64,000 bases of DNA from Balanoglossus misakiensis (GCA_040954595.2 CM082580.2:2718783-2782782), one strand, 5' to 3'; positions 39,761-53,408 are shown, counted from the first letter of the stretch. Numbers and translations: made by a program. The notes: generated from the letters alone by a model not told the origin.

Positions 39761-40139
39761 TACTTTAAAACATTAAAGAATACAACAGATATACCGGTAT
39801 ATAGAACACTACACAAACATGTGGAAAGCAACTAATGAACTGATCCCAGGAAACTACACTGGACTTGAAGGATCTATTGCAATTGTTTTTCATCATCAAA
39901 TCGGGTTATTCATGACATACATATGGTATTCTCAAATATATTGCAAATTGAAACCTTCTTATCTGTTATAGCCATTGGGAAAATTTCATTCAAGACGTAC
40001 CCCCTAACACTGAGGAAATATTGCACAGAAAGACATGAATGTTAAAATGTTCACACACACACACATACATATTTTTTATTTATAATATGCGAAAGTACAG
40101 GGGAGGAAGCGAAGACAGCGCGCGCAAAGATAGAAAGGA

Positions 40140-40300
40140 GTTGAAGAGGGACTGCAATCTTGTGACTTCTTCTGCAAGGATGACTAGGGACAGCGATCTT
40201 GTGACGTCTTCTGCCAGGATGAAGAGGGACTGCAATCTTGTGACTTCTTCTGCAAGGATGAAGAGGGACTGCGATCTTGTGACGTCTTCTGCAAGGATGG
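40140..40300. repeat. 39-bp minisatellite, 4 copies
   Basis: gaagagggactgcaatcttgtgacttcttctgcaaggat x4, alternating A/B variants. Confidence 0.85.
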
Positions 40301-40344
40301 ATATGGTGAACCTGCTTCATCAGATGACCAAATACAACCAGCAA

Positions 40345-40835
40345 CCCAAGACACCGAAGACAATGAAAATTCAAGAATGAATTCAAGAATATAACCATGG
40401 CAACACAGATGCCAGAATATAACCACAGAGTACCACCAGACACCACAGACAATGAAAATTCAATAATGAATTCAAGAAAATAACCATGGCAACACAGATG
40501 CCAGATTATAACCACAGAGTACCACCAGACACCAAAGACAATGAAAATTCAATAATGAATTTAAGAACATAACCATGTCAACACAGGTGCCAGATTATAA
40601 CCACAGAGTACTCCTAGACACCATAAGACGATGAAAATTCAAAAAATTCATAAAAAAAATAACCATGGCAACACAGATGCCAGAATATAACCAGAGAGTA
40701 CCACCAGACACCAAAGACAATGAAAATTCATTAATGAATTCAAGAATATAATCATGGCAACACAGATGCCAAAAACAACCACAGAGTACCGGTACATGTA
40801 CTCCAAGACACTCAAAGATCATGAAAATTCAAAAA
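40345..40835. repeat. ~89-bp tandem repeat, about 5.5 copies
   Basis: aaccatggcaacacagatgccagaatataaccacagagtaccaccagacaccaaagacaatgaaaattc repeated. Confidence 0.85.
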
Positions 40836-41127
40836 TATCAAAGATGCCAAAACACGATGACACTGAGAACTCCCACACACCCAGAAAGTCCCACCATATT
40901 ACATAATATAGCACGGGAGCTTATTTAAAATATACAAATATTCAAAAATTGATAAATACAACTTCTGCAATCACATATGCCCCCAAAAATCAAGAGAACA
41001 ATAAAAATCCTACACACAAAAATGTTGTCTTTCCATAAAAAAAAGTCAGGAAAGGTTTGAGCAGTCTTGTCACTGCTCATCAAGATGCACTACAGAATGA
41101 AAATAAATCGCAGCAATCAAAACCAAC

Positions 41128-41545
41128 AAACATACATACATACACTGGTATACACACACAAACACATACACAGACCCTTGGGCATTTTACATTATACATA
41201 CACACATATACATACATACATACACACATACATACATACATACATACATACATACATACATACATACAGGCAGGCAGACACACACACACACACACACACA
41301 CATACATACGTACATACCCGGGTACATGCATACATACACCCACACATGAATAAATAAAGATGGATGGATGGATGGATGGATGGATGGATGGATGGATGGA
41401 TGGATGAATGAATGAATGAATGAATGAATGAATGAAGAATGGATGGATTGATGGATGGATGGACGGACAAGCAAATAAAATAAATAAATAAATAAATAAA
41501 TAAAAATAAATAAATAAATAAATAAAAACAAATAAAATAAAATAA
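41128..41545. repeat. Compound microsatellite (CATA)n/(CA)n/(GATG)n/(GAAT)n/(AAAT)n
   Basis: Direct reading. Confidence 0.95.
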
Positions 41546-42876
41546 TAAGTTATCCCCCATGACAAAATCCCCTCTGGCTTTGAAAAACTCCTATAAAAGC
41601 TATCATATGGCTGTAAAAATCAATGAGACACACTAACGGATTGAAACCCAGAGTCCCCTGACTTTTCTGTATCCCCTTAAATTTACACATATTCATATTT
41701 CAATATTAATCACGAAAACATGGCCATTAAACCTCTATTTCCTCTACATTACCAAATCATACTTTCAAAATCACAATACTAGTAAATCATACCTATCAAG
41801 TACAATGGCAATTCAAGTTTATACAGAGAGAGAGAGCAGGTCGAACAATATTCAATGGTGGTTCAATGTTCATTGTCACGTTTGCTTTCTAAACACAACT
41901 GTTCCACACAAGTTTTGTACTAATACAGAAATAATGGTGTAATCCCTTGTTTACCATTAAGGGTATTTAAACTTGACTTTGTCTATTATTGTGGGTGCAA
42001 TTGCACACTCTAGGGTTGCATGGTAAACACCTGAAGGCTATTGTATCCCATGTTAGTAATTAGTATTAGTGTTAATATTACAGTGCTTGTTACGGGTGCA
42101 ATGCTTATTGTGTCTATAAGACCCAACAACCTTCAGGTTAAGTTCAATAAATCGTTGTGATAATTTAGGACTGTAATCAAGAAATGCGATGGGATTCATT
42201 TTCTGTTTCAATGACAAACTTCAAGCAGTGTTGGCATACTGAAATGAACACATTGTAATTTAATTTTAACCTGCCCCATCTCTCTCTCTATGACATAATT
42301 ACTAAAAATTGAAATATGGATCATCATAACTGAGGAAGACACTGATCAATGTTCAATTGCAACCCATGGGGGGGAGAGTCCTGTTCTTGAAATGACGATG
42401 AAATCAATGTTGGTTGAAGTCAGTGAAAAGAAAGTCATCCTGTCCAAGGCAACATCTCTGCATCTGATGCACCGGCTTTTGAATTCCTAATGTATCCTCT
42501 TCTTTCCTATAAACACAAAGAGCACATTACACTCACCTTGTATAGAGACATTTAACTTTGGCACAGAAACAAAACTGTGCTCCTGTTAGCTCTACCCAAA
42601 TGAAGGAATCGATGGCTTCTGTGAGTTGCTCCACTTTAGCGTTACAATTGAAGTGATGACATCCAGTACCTTAATTACTTTATTGTTTTATTGAATGACA
42701 TTGTAACATGGTGGAGTCTGAGTGAAAGCTCCAGACATGAAAAATCAGAACAATGGGCACATGTTCAGATCCTCAAATTGCATCATACAGAGACAAAAAA
42801 AACTGACATGCACAGACATCTGGCTCTGCACTTCAATGTTTTCTTTTAAAACGATGGCTGCCTTTTGGCCATACTG

Positions 42877-44324
42877 CAGTAGAACGTCGATTATCCGAAT
42901 TGTTCAGTTATCTGAACTCACTCTGTGTCCCCTGCAAAGTCTACAATTGTAGGCGTAGACCTTGGCTCAATCATTGTTTGATGGTTGCGGCCATCACTCT
43001 CAAAGGATGGCATTATAGTACAGCATTTTCCTCTTTAACAGTTATTTCTTTAGACAACCTTACCGCCAATTTGCCTTTTGTTTTAATTCTGAAAGTGTTA
43101 ATGTTTTGTATCCTCGGGTATGACTCGTTTGGATGCAATCGCAAGAGGTGTGAAAATAAACAGCTCGTCAATGGTAAGGTAATGACCGATGGTCGGCTTC
43201 TTCTTGATCAGGTGCGTATTTCTCCCACTGACACTACACTATTGATCTAACCCATGGATCAAGGCGTGTTGGATGCTCTGAAATGTCGATACAAGGCCAA
43301 GATGTGGTGGACAGTCATCCTGAAAAAATTTGGACGTGTCGCTAACAGAGAGTGGGAAGACCGCGACACTGAAAGACACTTGTTATATGGTGGCTGAATC
43401 GTAGCATGAAATCACTGCTGCACTTTATGTAATGCCTGGCACGAGTTCCGAATAAACATCAGCATTAAACACTGAAGTCACCATCTCTGCCTCAGTAGAA
43501 GATGAAACTGCCCAAGAAGTGATCGACACAATTCCCAAAGAAGACCTCATGCAAGTCTCCGAGAGGTTCAATGTCGACGAGGGTGACCCCGGCTTCAAAA
43601 TTCTCAACGACGAAGAAATCCTTCAGATTGCCCAGAAATCAACAGCGGACATCGATGCACCAGTGGATGACAGCGACAAGGAAAACAGCGAACCGTGTGT
43701 ACCCATTCCCACCAATGCTGAAGCAGCTGACATGTTCTTCCGATGTTTGTTATGGTTAGAAGCCCAGCCAGACAGTGACCCCACTACTTCTCCGCAGCAT
43801 GCACCAGACAGCCATCCGAAAGCGTCATGAGACAGCCAAACAGAAGACTATCACCTCTTTCTTCAAGAAGCCCAGCCAGTTTTTACTTCTCCGCAGCATG
43901 CACCAGGCAGCCATCCGAAAGCGTCATGAGACAGCCAAACAGAAGACTATCACCTCTTTCTTCAAGAAGCCCAGCCAGTTTTTACTTCTCCGCAGCATGC
44001 ACCAGACAGCCATCCGAAAGCGTCATGAGACAGCCAAACAGAAGACTATCACCTCTTTCTTCAAGAAGCCCAGCCAGTTTTTACTTCTCCGCAGCATGCA
44101 CCAGGCAGCCATCCGAAAGCGTCATGAGACAGCCAAACAGAAGACTATAACCTCTTTCTTCAAGAAGATGTAAGCACTAAGAAAACTTAACTTCAGTCTT
44201 TGAACTCTCAAATTACAAGTACTCGTTGTTTGTTGAACTTTATTACAACACTGATCAACATGAACGTGCGCATCTGAACAAAAATCATGTCCCCTTAGGT
44301 GTTCGGATAATCGACATTCTACTG
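42877..44324 (+). mobile_element. pogo/Tigger DNA transposon, internally deleted, transposase pseudogenised
   Basis: TIR CAGTAGAACGTCGATTATCCGAA / TTCGGATAATCGACATTCTACTG. Remnant motifs TTLLI*PMDQGVLDALKCRYK, acidic linker ILNDEEILQ, and C-terminal KQKTITSFFKK. Confidence 0.85.
43786..44168 (+). repeat. 99-bp tandem repeat (about 4 copies) of the Tigger transposase C-terminus
   Basis: LLLRSMHQ(T/A)AIRKRHETAKQKTITSFFKK x4, nearly identical and in frame with each other. Confidence 0.9.
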
Positions 44325-44569
44325 TACTGGGGGGGGGGGGGTGTTCTAAATTGACGCGCGCCGGGATGAGAAATGAGAAACAAACTTTTTTTTGGCCTTA
44401 TGGCCTTATGCTCAGGCTTAGGCAGTGTGGCCCCTAACAAACTTAATTTTTAGAAGCTTTGAGTCAATTTGAGGATTTCTAAAGAAATCTCCGAGTCAGT
44501 CCTATACCTTTGCATGTATAGTGGATAATTTTCTTGAGTCAGTGGCGCGTCATATGGGCTTAGACATCA

Positions 44570-47025
44570 CACTGTACCTTTGAACAATGCTTGGCTGCAT
44601 ACACACAGATCTAAGTTGGCAGATGTTGATCATCAGAGAGAAACTGTTTTCTGCAAAAAAACGAAAAATTGTCTAAGTACTTTTGCGTAAAACAAAATGA
44701 CAATCAAATGTATCTATGGATCTCCTGTCTTCATGAATTAAACAAGGCGAAATATTGTTGCATGTGAATGTATAAACAAATCTTGGCTTTTTGTGACATT
44801 CAGATTTTCATTGTGGATTTGAATGTTACGTTCTTCAATGGTTGGTCATATAAAACTAATTTGCAGACTCGCACCACATGAATCATGTTACCTGGTTACT
44901 AGTTTAGCCTCTGGACTGGAGGATAATTTGCACCATGGGCTGGAGGCAATATTGCATCAGAGAAATCTGAAACTAATGAGAAAAAGTGTGTAAATTACAC
45001 CATGCTCATATGAAGTTGAAATAGAATCAGTTCAAGCAGTTCCAACTAATGGCTCTGCGTTTGAATGTTTTGATTTTAAAAGATGGCTGCCTCTTGGCCA
45101 TACTGGAGAAAAAGGGCAAAATAAATTGATATTCACATATGTCATAGTACATTCTCAATGAACCAAGTTTTAATGAAATTCGGGTCAAGTTATATTAGAA
45201 TATTGTACCATACACCCTGCTTATACTGTTTGCAGCTTAAATGTTACCTCTGAACTCTGTTTGCAGCTGCTTAAGGCATCCATACAGATATAAGTTGTCA
45301 GATAGTGATCATCAGAGAGAAACTGTTATCTGCAAAAAGGAAAAAATATTTTTGTGTCAAACAAAATGATAGTAAAATGTATCTATTGACAGATGATCTC
45401 TTGTCTTCATGAACAATACAATATCATTTGGACAAATCTTGGCTTTTTGAGATATTGAGATTTTCATTGTAGATTCGAATGCAACATCCTTCAATGGCTG
45501 GTCATACAACATTAATTGGCTTACTCACACCACAGGAATCATGTTACCTGGTTACCAGTTTAAGGATCTGGACTTGGGGATACATGGAATCATGGGCTGG
45601 ATGATATACTGCATCATGGAAATCTAAAAGTAACGAGAAAACTGGTGTAAATTAGATCATGCTCGAATGAAGTCAGAATCGAATCAGTTTAAACTTAACT
45701 GACTAATGGCTCTGCTCTTGAATGCTTTGTTTTGTTTTATTGAAGATGGCTGCCTCTTGGCCGTACTGGATCAAACTGCACAATATTTTGAATTGCACAC
45801 ATGTCACAGTTCACTGTGTCAAACAAGACAATGGTAATAAGTAGAAGATGATCTCCTGTCTTCATGGAAAATACCATACATCATTCTAAATGCTGTTACC
45901 CATGGGGTCTATCAAATCTTGAGAAGGTTAAGAATATCTTATATTACCTTTGAACTCTTCTTGGCTGCTAAGGCATGTACATATACCTAGTATGGCCGAT
46001 ATTGATCATCGGAGAGAGATTATTATCTGCAAATGAAAAATTTCTCTAAGTAATGTTTGTGTCAATCTAAATGATAGTTAAATGTTTTGATTGACAGATG
46101 ATCTCCTGTCTTCATGAAAAATACAAGACGCCATATTCTTGTGCGTAATCATAGGGACAAGTCTTGGCGTTTTATTTTGTAACATTCATATTTGCACTGT
46201 TTTTAATCAATGTAATGTTCTTCAATGGCTGGTCATACAAAATGAATTTGCATACTCGCACCACATGAATCATGTTACCTGGTTACCAGTTTAGCCTCTG
46301 GACTGGAGGATAATTTGCACCATGGGCTGGAGGCAATATTGCATCAGAGAAATCTGAAACTAATGAGAAAAAGTGTGTAAATTACACCATGCTCATATGA
46401 AGTTGAAATAGAATCAGTTCAAGCAGTTCCAACTAATGGCTCTGCGTTTGAATGTTTTGATTTTAAAAGATGGCTGCCTCTTGGCCATACTGGAGAAAAA
46501 GGGCAAAATAAATTGATATTCACATGTCATAGTACATTCTCAATGAACCAAGTTTTAATGAAATTCGGGTCAAGTTATATTAGAAAATTGTACCATACAC
46601 CCTGCTTATACTGTTTGCAGCTTAAATGTTACCTCTGAACTCTGTTTGCAGCTGCTTAAGGCATCCATACAGATCTAAGTTGTAAGATAGTGATCATCAG
46701 AGAGAAACTGTTATCTGCAAAAAGGAAAAAATATTTTCGTTTCAAACAAAATGATAGTAAAATGTATATATTGACAGAATGATGTTCTCTTGTCTTCAAG
46801 ATGGACAAATCTTGGCTTTTTGAGATATTGAGATTTTCATTGTGGATTTGAATGTAACATTCTCCAATGGCTGGTCATTCAAAATTAATTTGCATACTCA
46901 CACCACAGGAATCATGTTACCTGGTTACCAGCTCGGCATCTGGGCAGGAAGGTATATTGCATCATGGGCTGGAGGATTGTTGCATCATGGAAGTCTGAAA
47001 CGAATGAGAAAAATGTGTAAATACT
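44570..47025. repeat. ~685-bp satellite, about 3.6 units, with dimeric higher-order structure
   Basis: gatcatc.gagaga at ~44628, 45308, 46003 and 46692. 44860-45400 is nearly identical to 46250-46790, while adjacent units are more diverged. Confidence 0.85.
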
Positions 47026-47614
47026 TAATAGACGATTATGACTGACTGCTATGGACTTCAACTTGGCTGCTAACAAAACCCCAACACCTGCAAAAAATAA
47101 TAAATAGTAAATATTAGTTCACAATCATAGACTTGACAGTTTGATGTTACCAATGGTACACTTACAAAATTGTGTTGCGCCTTTCATCTGTTGGGTAGTT
47201 AGCTAGCAGATGCACATTATCCAGTGTAAATCTCCAGGATCTGATAAACTTCCTTAATTACCCAATTGACTTACAAAACATGAAACTATCTCCACTTCAG
47301 TGAGAGAAACATGGACCAGTACTCGGTTAACAAATCACTGTCAATGACGCAGTCCCATGGGGGACTAAAAATCCAACAAATTATTCCAGTAGTTATCACC
47401 TATCTACATAGTGTACTTAATATTTTACTTTTCACTATAAAAACTATACAAATTATTTATGGGCTGTTCAGAAGTTATTACCTAAAATCATCATACATAA
47501 CTACTAAATTATACCTTTAAGCTAAGATTACTTGACAATATCTATACAAATTCAGAAGAATACGTTCCACAGCTGTGGGTTCATAAAAACATCACAATTC
47601 TTAGTTCTTATTTA

Positions 47615-47900
47615 TCTTTCATCATCACTATCATCATTACTGTTATGTCATTATTATAATCGTTATTTTTTGATCATCATCATCACCATCATCGTCATTA
47701 CTGTTTTCATTTTTTGGTATTATGTCATAATTATTATCGTTATTTTTGTTGTCATCATCATCATAATAATCATCATCATCATCATCATAATCACGACCAC
47801 CATCAACATAAGTACAACTATCAATGTCATCACCATAACAATTAGAATTAATAATTAACATCAAAACTGCCACCACCGTCACAAACATCGGACATAAAAT
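47615..47900. repeat. Degenerate (ATC/ATT)n microsatellite
   Basis: Direct reading. A similar tract lies at 49180-49400. Confidence 0.9.
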
Positions 47901-49306
47901 CAAAATTAAATAACTCATGAAAATCAGAAACTATTCAACCAATTGCATTCTACAAAGTCTATACTCACTAATTAATTTATCTAGCTGTATGTACTCTCAA
48001 ATATTATATATTTATTATTATCAGTAGGTAAATTAGAAAGTCTAAGAATTTTGTAATATTGAACTTCCAAATAGTAATTATTAATATGCATAGCTGACAT
48101 CGCACACCAGTAATTCTGAATGTTGATTTACTAAACTACTGCAATTTCCAAAACAGACAAGTCTATACATGTTGGTAGGTAAATTGCTTTCCAATACAAA
48201 TGAATGCTCACTGTATTGGTGAAAAGGGGGAAAGACAATGAGCTGTTGGTGAAACTGACTGGATTTTATTACTATTTAACACAATTAAATACAGGTACAC
48301 ATCTGAAATACAAATATTATATAATGCAATGGTTATAATCTGGAATGAAATCATGCATTCAATACAAATAAATCATAATCACAATTAAACCAGTTTGATA
48401 AATCTGAAACTTAGAGAGTGGTTACTTATACAGTATGTCATGTTTGTGAGTGCAAGGTATGTCATGTTTGCGAGTGCAAGGTATGTAATGACATCCCCAA
48501 ATCTGACTGGCCAGGTCAGAATGGGGACACACATGCAATATTACACAAAAACACATTAAATACTACAGTCTATTCAACTGCAGTGTCACCATCATAAGAC
48601 GCGCATTCCTGAAGAAAAAAGAAAAGTTTATTAATTCATCAATAACAGTTATATGAATATTTATCTACACCAGTCATAAATGTTTTCACCAACAGCTCAT
48701 GTACTGGGATCATCTTACTATTGTGTGTTTACACAATCATATGCCTCACAAAACTCTGTACACAGAATCGCAAAGTATACAATGCCAACTATGCATATTG
48801 TTAGGCTACCAATTCTGACGAATATTTAAGACGAATGTGACTGACTGTTTAGATGAAAATACATCTATATTTATGGTTAAATTAAACCTTCACTGACATT
48901 ATTATTCTGTTACTTTATACCACTCCAACTGCAATATTATTCTGTTCCTTTTTACCACTCCAAGTCCCCAACCACAAAATGCCAAGTCAAACAGACACAA
49001 CGTTATACCCATTATCAATTAGAATCAATTATCACCACCTATACCATTGGAACAATATTCATTCTCCAGCCGTTTTCATCTCAAAGTATCCTGAAGATCC
49101 ACCTGTATCAAACAATGCCACGCTGACATACACTATGCAGAAACTACTGTTATTGGTGTCTTTCTCACTTAGCTCTAAAGTAATCATCATCATCATCATC
49201 ATCATCATTTTAACATTGTTATTATATAATTATTTTTTATTATTTCACCAGCATCTTCATCATCAATATTATGATTGCTACTTCTGTTATATGTTTTGTA
49301 ATAATT

Positions 49307-49338
<32 letters not shown>

Positions 49339-50279
49339 GTTATTATATTTTGTTAGTTACCATCATAATCATCATGATTGTCATCTTCTTCATCTTCATT
49401 ATGTGCACATTGTTACCTAATCTTTATTGTCAAGGTTTTATATCTGTACTGCACCATTTATTCAAGGGGTACCCTTGTTAAATTAATATGTATTTTGAAA
49501 ATTAATCATACCTTATCCTGCAAACACTCAAACTTATAATTTTCAGCCCAAATACATGTACACTCTTACTACATTGTATTTTGACAACATAACCCAATAC
49601 ACTAGTGTCCAGTAGAAATTACTCTAGATTATATGCATTGTACAGTTCTCAATACATTGTTCATTCACAGATTGATTGATCTCATATAAAATTTGTCTTC
49701 TAATTGCCATTGATTTTAAGACATTTCCCCATGACTAATGCTGTGATCAATACACTACACCCATCCTAGTTTTCAAAAATTGCATTTGACCATTATGAAT
49801 AACATGCAAACTGAATATAGCAGATGCTTACCCTGTTTTGCAGCAGGCTGGTGTTTGCAATTCTGCACCATCCTGCAATGTACATTACAGCTGCAAAGCA
49901 AAAGAATGAAATTACACAGTATATATACTATAAATGAAAACTATACTTCCCTTCTCAAAGATAAGCTGTAGTAATGTACATCCATTTTGTAATCTTCAAC
50001 GTTTCCCCGAAGTCTTGTCAGCTTAGATCACATGGATAGTTCCTCCTGCAAATAAAAAAAGTCGAAAACAATTATGAGCACAAAATCAAAACTTTCAAAC
50101 ATACAGAAATAATGGGTAAGTAAAACTCACACAAAGTATCGGTATATCTTTATCTTCAACTGTATACATGTAGTTGTCAATGAAAATTTAGCCAATTACT
50201 CTGGAAAGTTGAGATCTAGCCAATCCCAGTTTTATGACAGGAGGCCATGTGAAAATTAGCTGATATATTACATATGGAG

Positions 50280-52133
50280 TGTAATTCATGCCAAAATTAG
50301 CACACAGCTTTTCGATGAGAGTATTCACTTTTCGATGAGAGTATTCACTTTTCGATCAGAGCACACAGCTTTTCGATCAGAGCACGAAGCTTTTCGATCA
50401 GAGTATTCGCGCTTTTCGATGAGAGTATTCACTTTTCGATCAGAGTATTCGCGCTTTTCGATCAGAGCACACAGCTATTCGATCAGAGTTACCACCCCTC
50501 TTTTCAATGAGATTACCCCAGACGCCCCAGTTCACCAAAGAGTTTTTACAAGTCGGCCCGCTGGCGTTTTGCCTACGTCACAACGCGTCATGTCTACGTC
50601 ACATGACGTCACTGAAATTTCTGTTTAATTTATAGTAATATGCTAGGGAGATCAGTAGACCGGAAGGTCAAACTCTGACCACACGCGCGCACGCTTTGTA
50701 CATCATGGCGACTCCAGGCTCCTGTTCAGCTGACAAACTGAGACGAGCCAGCAGACTTATGCAAATAGCGCAGAACCTCCTTCAAAGTCCGGTGGTTCTG
50801 CGAGCGGATCCGCCGGGGAGGCGACTGGAGCCAGTGGAGCTGGTCAAAGGCACAGCTGGGCACATTCCGATTTCGCTTGCACCGCCAACACCAAATGCCG
50901 GGCCAAATGAAGAGCTAAGAATTCACATTTCTGTTCGTTTGAGCGTAGCGAATTAGGACAGAAATGTTTTCTTGGCGTTGGCTGTACACACCTGTGAGGG
51001 TTAATATGCTAATGTGAGTCCATATATAAATGCCTGTAAGCTGAGTGTAGTCCATTCTCGGGCGTCTTCGACCCAGGGATACGTTTTCCCCCGTTTTTTT
51101 TTTATGGCTTTTGCAGTTGCTAATGTTATTTTGCATAGTAAGTAACTTTTACAGCTTTGTCATTTTTTTTCGCACATTCATACGTGAAGTACCGTTTTCA
51201 CTTTTGTATGATTTTTCGGTGTTGCCCTTCACCTGTGAGCATATCAGCATTGTTTAAGGGTACAAGTTTCCCAGAGTTTTTTCCATTGCGTTAGAGGTTT
51301 TTACTCTGGGGTTTTTCTGGACGGCTATATGCTATATATTTTTTCCATTTGGCGTCAAAGTCTTTCAGTACTGTTCGACCTTTTTCTACTGTACAGGTAC
51401 CGCCAGTATTGTGTTTAATTTTGGACGGCTGACTACAACTTCTTTTCGCATTATACATTTTTTTTTGTCTTCAATATGGTGATTAAACAACGGGGGTCGC
51501 CGGGTAGACGCGCCACCCCACAGTTCAAATAAAGTCTTTTGAGTTTTATTGGTCTTAGACCGGAACTTTGTCTCATTTTCCTGGGTCGAGAAGACGTGAG
51601 CAAAGCAGACCGTCTTTAAGCAATGCGAAGAAAAGAACAAAGACTAAACACCTGAGTCGGCCATGGCATACACCAACATGGACACATAAGTTCTACTGTT
51701 TGTCTGACACGGACTGGGAACACGTGCCCACAATCTCGGAAAAAGAAGAACTCCGGTCTATTGGACTGGGCATGAAAAAAATACGTTTCAACAACGACAG
51801 TGACCGTTTCGAGATCGCTATAAGACCCCCTAAGCTCACCCCAGTAGACCTGACATACTCTCATCGAAAAGCTGTGCGTTCTCATCGAAAAGCTTTAGTG
51901 CTCTGATCGAAAAGCTGGGTGTTCTCATCGAAAAGCTAGGTGCTCTTATCAATAAGCGGGCACCCTCATCGTAAAGTGGGGGTGGTAACTCTGATCGAAA
52001 AGCTGTGTGCTCTGATCGAAAAGTGAATACTCTCATCGAAAAGCTTCATGCTCTGATTGAAAAGCTGTCTGCTCTGATCGAAAAGTGAATACTCTCATCG
52101 AAAAGCTGTGTGCTAATTTTGGCATGAATTACA
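50280..52133 (+). mobile_element. DNA transposon with long TIRs made of 21-bp subterminal repeats and a captured or accessory gene fragment; superfamily unresolved
   Basis: TGTAATTCATGCCAAAATTAGCACACAGCTTTTCGAT... / ...ATCGAAAAGCTGTGTGCTAATTTTGGCATGAATTACA. Arrays of cttttcgat(c/g)agag at 50308-50490 and inverted at 51855-52110. Internal ORFs 50705-50956 and 51568-51830. Confidence 0.8.
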
Positions 52134-52453
52134 TATCAGTCAAGGAATTAGACATACCCTTTGAAAATACATGGGAATACTGTATGCCCTTAGGGACACA
52201 CAGCTCTATTTACTTCCATAAACCTCCCTGTCCAATATTAGTAACCACACACTATACTGGCAACACCTTATGTGCAATGATCAGCGACTGGCTAATTCTA
52301 ATGATGCATTTGCTCATAATAATTTAAATGTCCCTGACCCATTGATAATGCCACAATTTCCCAGTGTAAGCCTTCTTTTAATGTCTTTGTTCCTGCCTTT
52401 TTCAAATTTTAACAGTCTTACTACCCTGACTTAACCCTTTTTAAAATTGTATA

Positions 52454-53396
52454 CCGTATATTCTCACAAATAAGCGCCACCCTTGATTAGGCGCCAGTGA
52501 TACCTGACTTTGCTACTTTTTACTTAAAATTAAGCGCCAGGATTTTTTTTTTTTTTTTGAGGTGTGTGGACGTACGTGAATCATGGCAAGTACTACCGAG
52601 GTAACACCTGTTTAGGGGTCTTGTCAAAATCAACGGGGGCTTGCTGCGTGAATAATAATTGACCTGAGCAGACAATGCATGCTTTGGGATGATGTGCTAT
52701 TTATTTACAAGATGAAATCGGGCACATGTCAACCTCCTAATTTATGTAAATTATTATTCACTGCAAAAGACACAGGTGCCGGGCGTCTAGACACTCGTCT
52801 TTTTCCTGTCGATCGATCGGCAGCCGCTTACGTTACCGGCACTACCACCCAAGTTTGACCATATGGCCAGGGCTTTGAAATAATAGGACTAGTTTCAAGT
52901 TGTGAATGTTTGCCGTATTAATTTTCTCATGAATATTCACGCGACCTGAGTATTCACGCAACCTCGCCTGACCTTACACGTGTGGGAGCATGACAAAGAC
53001 GCACTTGGACTAAACCACTATACGTCATTAGATTTTGTTGATGGTTCAGCCAGCATACTGTAATGCTGCTCGTAGTATTCACTTCGTTGACAACTTTTTA
53101 TTTCTGGAATATTTATTAGACAATACATTGAACTGACTGTATTTGAATAGAAAATGTTAAAACTTTACGTATGAATTTGAAACAGCCATTCATTCACTGC
53201 GGACACCCCCTTACGAGAACACTGATTGGAACGTCCTAAATCATTTGCATATGAATCAACAGGGTACAGTATACAGCTACAGGGCGACCCATGAATAAGC
53301 GCCACCGGTTCTTGAAAGACTCATTTCTGCCTTTGTTTAGGCGCCACCAAAATTTGAAATGGTTAAAAAGTGGCGCTTATTTGTGAGAATATACGG
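52454..53396. mobile_element. Tc1/mariner-pogo type non-autonomous element, TA TSD
   Basis: ta|CCGTATATTCTCACAAATAAGCGCCAC ... GTGGCGCTTATTTGTGAGAATATACGG|ta, with repeated taagcgcc/taggcgcc subterminal motifs. Confidence 0.85.
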
Positions 53397-53408
53397 TATA
53401 CCTTATAG

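Noticed and set aside
41057-41565. Several 96-161 aa ORFs on both strands
   Set aside because: They are translations of compound microsatellites.
47532-49356. Hydrophobic poly-Ile, poly-His and poly-Asp ORFs that could pass for TM or acidic proteins
   Set aside because: They come from (ATC)n microsatellite tracts.
50308-50490. Regular 21-bp repeats resembling a CRISPR array
   Set aside because: No unique spacers, mirrored at the other end of a TIR element, eukaryotic context, no cas genes.
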